Source: Flavobacteriales bacterium (GTDB lineage Bacteria > Bacteroidota > Bacteroidia > Palsa-965). From it: a stretch of 64,000 nt of DNA. Numbering within the stretch: the stretch's first letter is position 1; each line of letters begins with the position of its first letter. Positions 60,345-64,000 of the stretch are shown piece by piece. The stretch spans positions 96,001-160,000 of the forward strand of contig JBEIPA010000005.1 in the NCBI GenBank assembly GCA_040377305.1, given 5' to 3'. Under the pieces are notes generated by a model that did not search any database, was not told where the DNA came from, and was given only the letters and a program-made list of their open reading frames with translations. Position numbers and translations under genes: made by a program.

Positions 60345-60695
60345 TTATAAAAGTTGCTGAAGATCTTCTTCTGATCTTCCGAAGAATGCTCGTTCGCCTA
60401 TAATGACGATCGGTCGTTGCATCAGTACCGGATACTTATGCAACGCCTTGATCCATTTTGCTTCGGTCATTTTCTTGCCTGCGAACTTCTCCTGATAGAT
60501 TGATTCCTTAGTGCGTACTAATTTCTCTGCCGGAATATTCAGTTTCTTGAGCACGTCGCGAATCTCATCCTCCGATGGAACATCGACCAAATATTCTCTC
60601 CACTCGTCAACCTGCACAGCGTGATCTTTGATATACGCCATAGCATCTCTGCATTTTGAGCAACTCGGTTTATGCCAGACAACTACTTTTTCCAT
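60345..60695 (-). CDS. ArsC/Spx-family thioredoxin-fold protein
   Basis: HKPSCSKCR, L.RTKE, P.LMQRPIV. Confidence 0.85.
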   Translation of the reverse strand: MEKVVVWHKPSCSKCRDAMAYIKDHAVQVDEWREYLVDVPSEDEIRDVLKKLNIPAEKLVRTKESIYQEKFAGKKMTEAKWIKALHKYPVLMQRPIVIIGERAFFGRSEEDLQQLL

Positions 60696-60737
60696 TAGCA
60701 CATTAACCGATTAGCACTCCGCCGCGGCGGAAGCATA

Positions 60738-61848
60738 TTAATTTTTCACCTCAGTATTCCAACTCGCGCCATATTCCATCAGGTATGATTTGATAAACGG
60801 ATCCAGATTTCCATCGAGTACGGCTTGCGCATCTGATGTTTCTGTATCTGTTCTCAAATCCTTCACCAGCTTGTATGGATGTAAAACGTAATTGCGAATC
60901 TGTGATCCCCATTCAATCTTCTTCATGTTGCCACGAATTGCCTGAACGGTTTCCATTTTCTTTCGCATCTCAATTTCGTAGAGCTGAGATTTGAGCAATC
61001 GCATTGCATTCTCACGGTTCTGTCCTTGTGAACGAGACTCCTGATTCTTCACCACAATTCCTGATGGTTTGTGATAAAGACGCACTGCCGTTTCCACTTT
61101 GTTTACGTTCTGTCCTCCTGCTCCACCCGAACGGAAAGTTTCCCATTCGCATTCAGCAGGATTCACTTCGATCTCAATCGTATCGTCGATAAGCGGATAG
61201 CAGTACACCGATGCAAATGATGTATGCCGACGCGCATTCGAATCGAACGGAGAAATCCGCACGAGGCGATGCACACCATTTTCTCCTTTGAGATAACCGA
61301 AAGCATAATCGCCTTCAATTTCAAGCGTAACCGATTTGATTCCGGCCGCTTCACCATCCTGCAAGTCAGCTTCCTTTATTTTGAAGCCTTGCTTTTGCGC
61401 CCACATGATGTACATACGCATGAGCATTCCTGCCCAATCGCAGCTTTCTGTTCCTCCAGCGCCTGAATTAATGGTGAGGACCGCACTCAGATGATCCTCC
61501 GTTCCGCTCAACATATTGCGAAACTCGAGTTCTTCCATGGCCTTCACCGTGTTCGCGTACTCGGTGTCTACATCTTCTTCGGTTGCATCACCTGCTTTGA
61601 AGAATTCATACATCACACCGAGGTCCGCAATTCTCGAATCGAGCTTCGCGAAGGTATCAGTCCAGTCTTTTTTCTTTTTGATTTCTTTCAGAAGGTGCTC
61701 AGCCTTTTTCGGGTCGTCCCAAAATCCTGCGCCTTGAGACATGGTCTCTTCTTCTCTTATTTTAGACAGCTTACGATCGATGTCAAAGATGCCTCCTTAG
61801 CGTTTCTTTGCGCTCCTCGAGGGACTTAATTTGGTCGGTGGTTATCAT
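60738..61848 (-). CDS. prfB: Peptide chain release factor 2, with programmed +1 frameshift
   Basis: ORF0 [21 protein letters not shown] (ATG 61848) ends at CTT-TGA-C; the +1 frame continues DIDRKLSK...; SPF and GGQ motifs present. Confidence 0.97.
61782..61797 (-). other. RF2 +1 frameshift cassette
   Basis: AGGAGG-CAT-CTT-TGA-C: internal SD, slippery Leu codon and weak UGA-C stop. Confidence 0.95.
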
Positions 61849-61974
61849 AAGGCACGAAGGTAAGTATAAGTTAGGAGTTGGGAGATCGGAGACGGGAGTG
61901 CTATCCCGTAGTTTTTTACAACATTTTTGTACTCCCGTCTCCCAACTCCCGTCTCCCAACTATCTTTGCGGCAA

Positions 61975-62451
61975 ATGAATGAACCAGAGCACCCGCACTT
62001 TGTCCTTTCCGACGCACGTTATTGCCATATGCTTCCGCATGGACTGGTTATTGGCAATAAAAATGATGCTCATGTAATTCCTGAGCAGAAGGATTCTCCC
62101 GACTACGTTTCAGGTCTCTGGCTGATCATCGGGATAGCAGTTCTCACTTTCTTCATGGTGATGTGTACAATTACAGAACTCTATGTCGTAGTTGTACTCA
62201 TGGGTGCGCTTAATATCCTGATGATTGTAACGCTGTATCGCACGCTCGGATTTTCACAAACCGGATTTATACCGCGGAAGGACATCAACAGCGTTGAATA
62301 CCACAAGAAGAATTTCGGTTATGATCACTTCCTGATTCACTACACGGGTAAAAACGGCAAAGCATGCAAGCGCCGTTTGGTGATTTACGATTCACAGGAG
62401 TGCCTCAATCAGGCGCTGGGTGTGATGAAAACGCAAGGACTACTCAAATAG
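61975..62451 (+). CDS. Hypothetical 2-TM membrane protein
   Basis: ATG 61975 just after TATCTTTG; two hydrophobic segments, then a PH-like tail. Confidence 0.7.
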   Translation: MNEPEHPHFVLSDARYCHMLPHGLVIGNKNDAHVIPEQKDSPDYVSGLWLIIGIAVLTFFMVMCTITELYVVVVLMGALNILMIVTLYRTLGFSQTGFIPRKDINSVEYHKKNFGYDHFLIHYTGKNGKACKRRLVIYDSQECLNQALGVMKTQGLLK

Positions 62452-62575
62452 TTCGGAGATCGGAGTTGGGAGACGGGTGTTGATTTTTGCACGCTCGCTA
62501 CTCCCGTCTCCCATCTCCCCAACTCCCATCTTTTCATGGCACGATTTTGCTACCAGTCTGGCTAAACAAATTGCC

Positions 62576-63067
62576 ATGGAAACACTATCGGATAACAAAC
62601 CAGCGCGAATTTCTGACTCGAAAGTCAGGACGGGAATTTTCCTTGTTGGAACACTGTGCGGACTGAGCTACATCGGCTTTTTTCTCCTAATGAATGCGTT
62701 CGGACTCATGCACGTAACCGAATTGCGTGTGTTCAACTACGTTGTGCTTGTTGGTGCTACCTTTCTGCTGATCAGAAAATGGATTGCAGACAGCCACCAT
62801 TATATTCCATTCTTAAAAGTGGTGTCTACTGCATTCTTTACAGGACTTTGGTCATTCATTGTATTCGCGGTATTCCTGTACTTCTTTTCGCTTTTTAATA
62901 CCGATTTACACGACTTGTTCATCCTGAAAACAGGAGGAACATTTGCATCGTGGCCGCAGTTCATTGTCCTGTTTGAAGGTGCAGGAGCCAGTATTGTAAC
63001 CGCATTTTTTATGATGCAATACTTCCGCAAATACGAGGACGGGCATCCGTATCCGGAGAATAAATAG
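62576..63067 (+). CDS. 4-TM membrane protein (DUF4199-like)
   Basis: Four hydrophobic segments; ELRVFN motif. Confidence 0.65.
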   Translation: METLSDNKPARISDSKVRTGIFLVGTLCGLSYIGFFLLMNAFGLMHVTELRVFNYVVLVGATFLLIRKWIADSHHYIPFLKVVSTAFFTGLWSFIVFAVFLYFFSLFNTDLHDLFILKTGGTFASWPQFIVLFEGAGASIVTAFFMMQYFRKYEDGHPYPENK

Positions 63068-63133
63068 ATGAAAATTGTAGAACGAAGTCGCCGGGGAGTA
63101 GAAACAATTCCCCAGTGGTTTCTTCTCATTTTC

Positions 63134-63451
63134 TCAGAAGGAGATTAGATAAGTAATCTGGGATAAGATAAATCCAAGTATTGGAGGGCCTACGCAGTAG
63201 ACAATGAGCCACGTCTTATCAATGAACTTCAGTTTGTAAAGGATAATACCACCGATCAAGACCACGAGCATTCCTAAAACACACACGATCGTCACTGTTA
63301 CTTCTCCGATTGATTCCAAATAATTCTGCAGCAGAAGTACGCGTTCCGGAATATTCGAATACCACAACGTGTAACACGCATGAATGAAGAGTGCGATAAG
63401 GGCATAAAGTACAACCAGAAACAAATACGGAAGGAGCGCTCTTCTATCCAT
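63134..63451 (-). CDS. Hypothetical 3-TM membrane protein
   Basis: Three hydrophobic segments; start overlaps the upstream stop (TAATG). Confidence 0.65.
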   Translation of the reverse strand: MDRRALLPYLFLVVLYALIALFIHACYTLWYSNIPERVLLLQNYLESIGEVTVTIVCVLGMLVVLIGGIILYKLKFIDKTWLIVYCVGPPILGFILSQITYLISF

Positions 63452-63975
63452 TAGTTTTTGTTCTGAACCGTCACTACGAAATTGAATTTCAAAGCGGTGT
63501 AAAACGTCTTTCTGATCTCGAAAATTGCATCGCGATATGCGTCATTCAATCCGGGAGGATTTTCGAGCAGAATCAGATCAATGCGCTTGATTACATTTCC
63601 GATACTTTCTGCGTAAACAGGAGGACCTGCAATGTTGTCAATCTGTTCGAAGTAATCGTTGTCTGACGGAAGAAATAATGTAGTCCCATCAGGAGAAATT
63701 TGTTTCCAGTATTTATCCTCGATAATTTCTTCGTTGTGATCCCAAATCGAAGTCACGAGATCTGCATTCTTGAGAAGATTACTCTCGTCCTCCAACTCGT
63801 CGATGCTCACGAGATTATTCTCCAAGGTGAATTCCAGCGGCTTTCCGTTGATCACTTCCACGATGCGTTCAGAAAATCCCAATCGTACAAGCATGCGCAA
63901 GTTTCCGATTACCTGATCTTTCGTGTGATCAGTCGGCAAAATGGATTGTAACCCCCAATGACAAACTACGCTCAT
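63451..63975 (-). CDS. Hypothetical acidic protein
   Basis: 174-aa ORF coupled to the downstream gene; no motif recognised. Confidence 0.6.
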   Translation of the reverse strand: MSVVCHWGLQSILPTDHTKDQVIGNLRMLVRLGFSERIVEVINGKPLEFTLENNLVSIDELEDESNLLKNADLVTSIWDHNEEIIEDKYWKQISPDGTTLFLPSDNDYFEQIDNIAGPPVYAESIGNVIKRIDLILLENPPGLNDAYRDAIFEIRKTFYTALKFNFVVTVQNKN

Positions 63976-64000
63976 ACTTTGGTGTATTTTGAAATTGCGT

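Noticed and set aside
60738-61848. prfB as a frameshifted pseudogene
   Set aside because: The canonical programmed frameshift signal is present.

Overview
A mostly core-genome segment of a Bacteroidota chromosome. Evidence for the phylum: type IX secretion (T9SS) C-terminal domains, TAnnTTTG -7 promoters, and almost no Shine-Dalgarno (SD) sequences. Housekeeping content: tRNA Thr-Tyr-Gly-Thr with tuf (truncated by the window edge), rpsU-xerC-hpf, gmhA, acyl-CoA carboxylase beta, fbp, lysC, mgtE, rsmA, serS, rplU-rpmA, kmo/kynU, ompA, hemL, gcvP, mlaE/F, feoAB, manC, fumC and frameshifted prfB. I see no CRISPR array, transposase, reverse transcriptase or phage gene. The unusual signals are small. 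(1) A 6.5-kb module (NarL-type regulator, unannotated 43-aa membrane peptide, TPR histidine kinase, T9SS cargo, orphan SiaC) is bracketed by two copies of one nested-palindrome element. (2) Two unannotated paralogous ~50-aa CxxCP lipoproteins sit upstream of feoAB. (3) Intergenic DNA is dense with layered repeats: 7/8/9/14-mer periodic hairpins, REP/REPIN-like doublets, and 15-18 bp micro-palindromes with apparent GCA target-site duplications. (4) A SecD periplasmic domain has been recast as a stand-alone lipoprotein. All calls are by eye from sequence and motifs; no database search was run.
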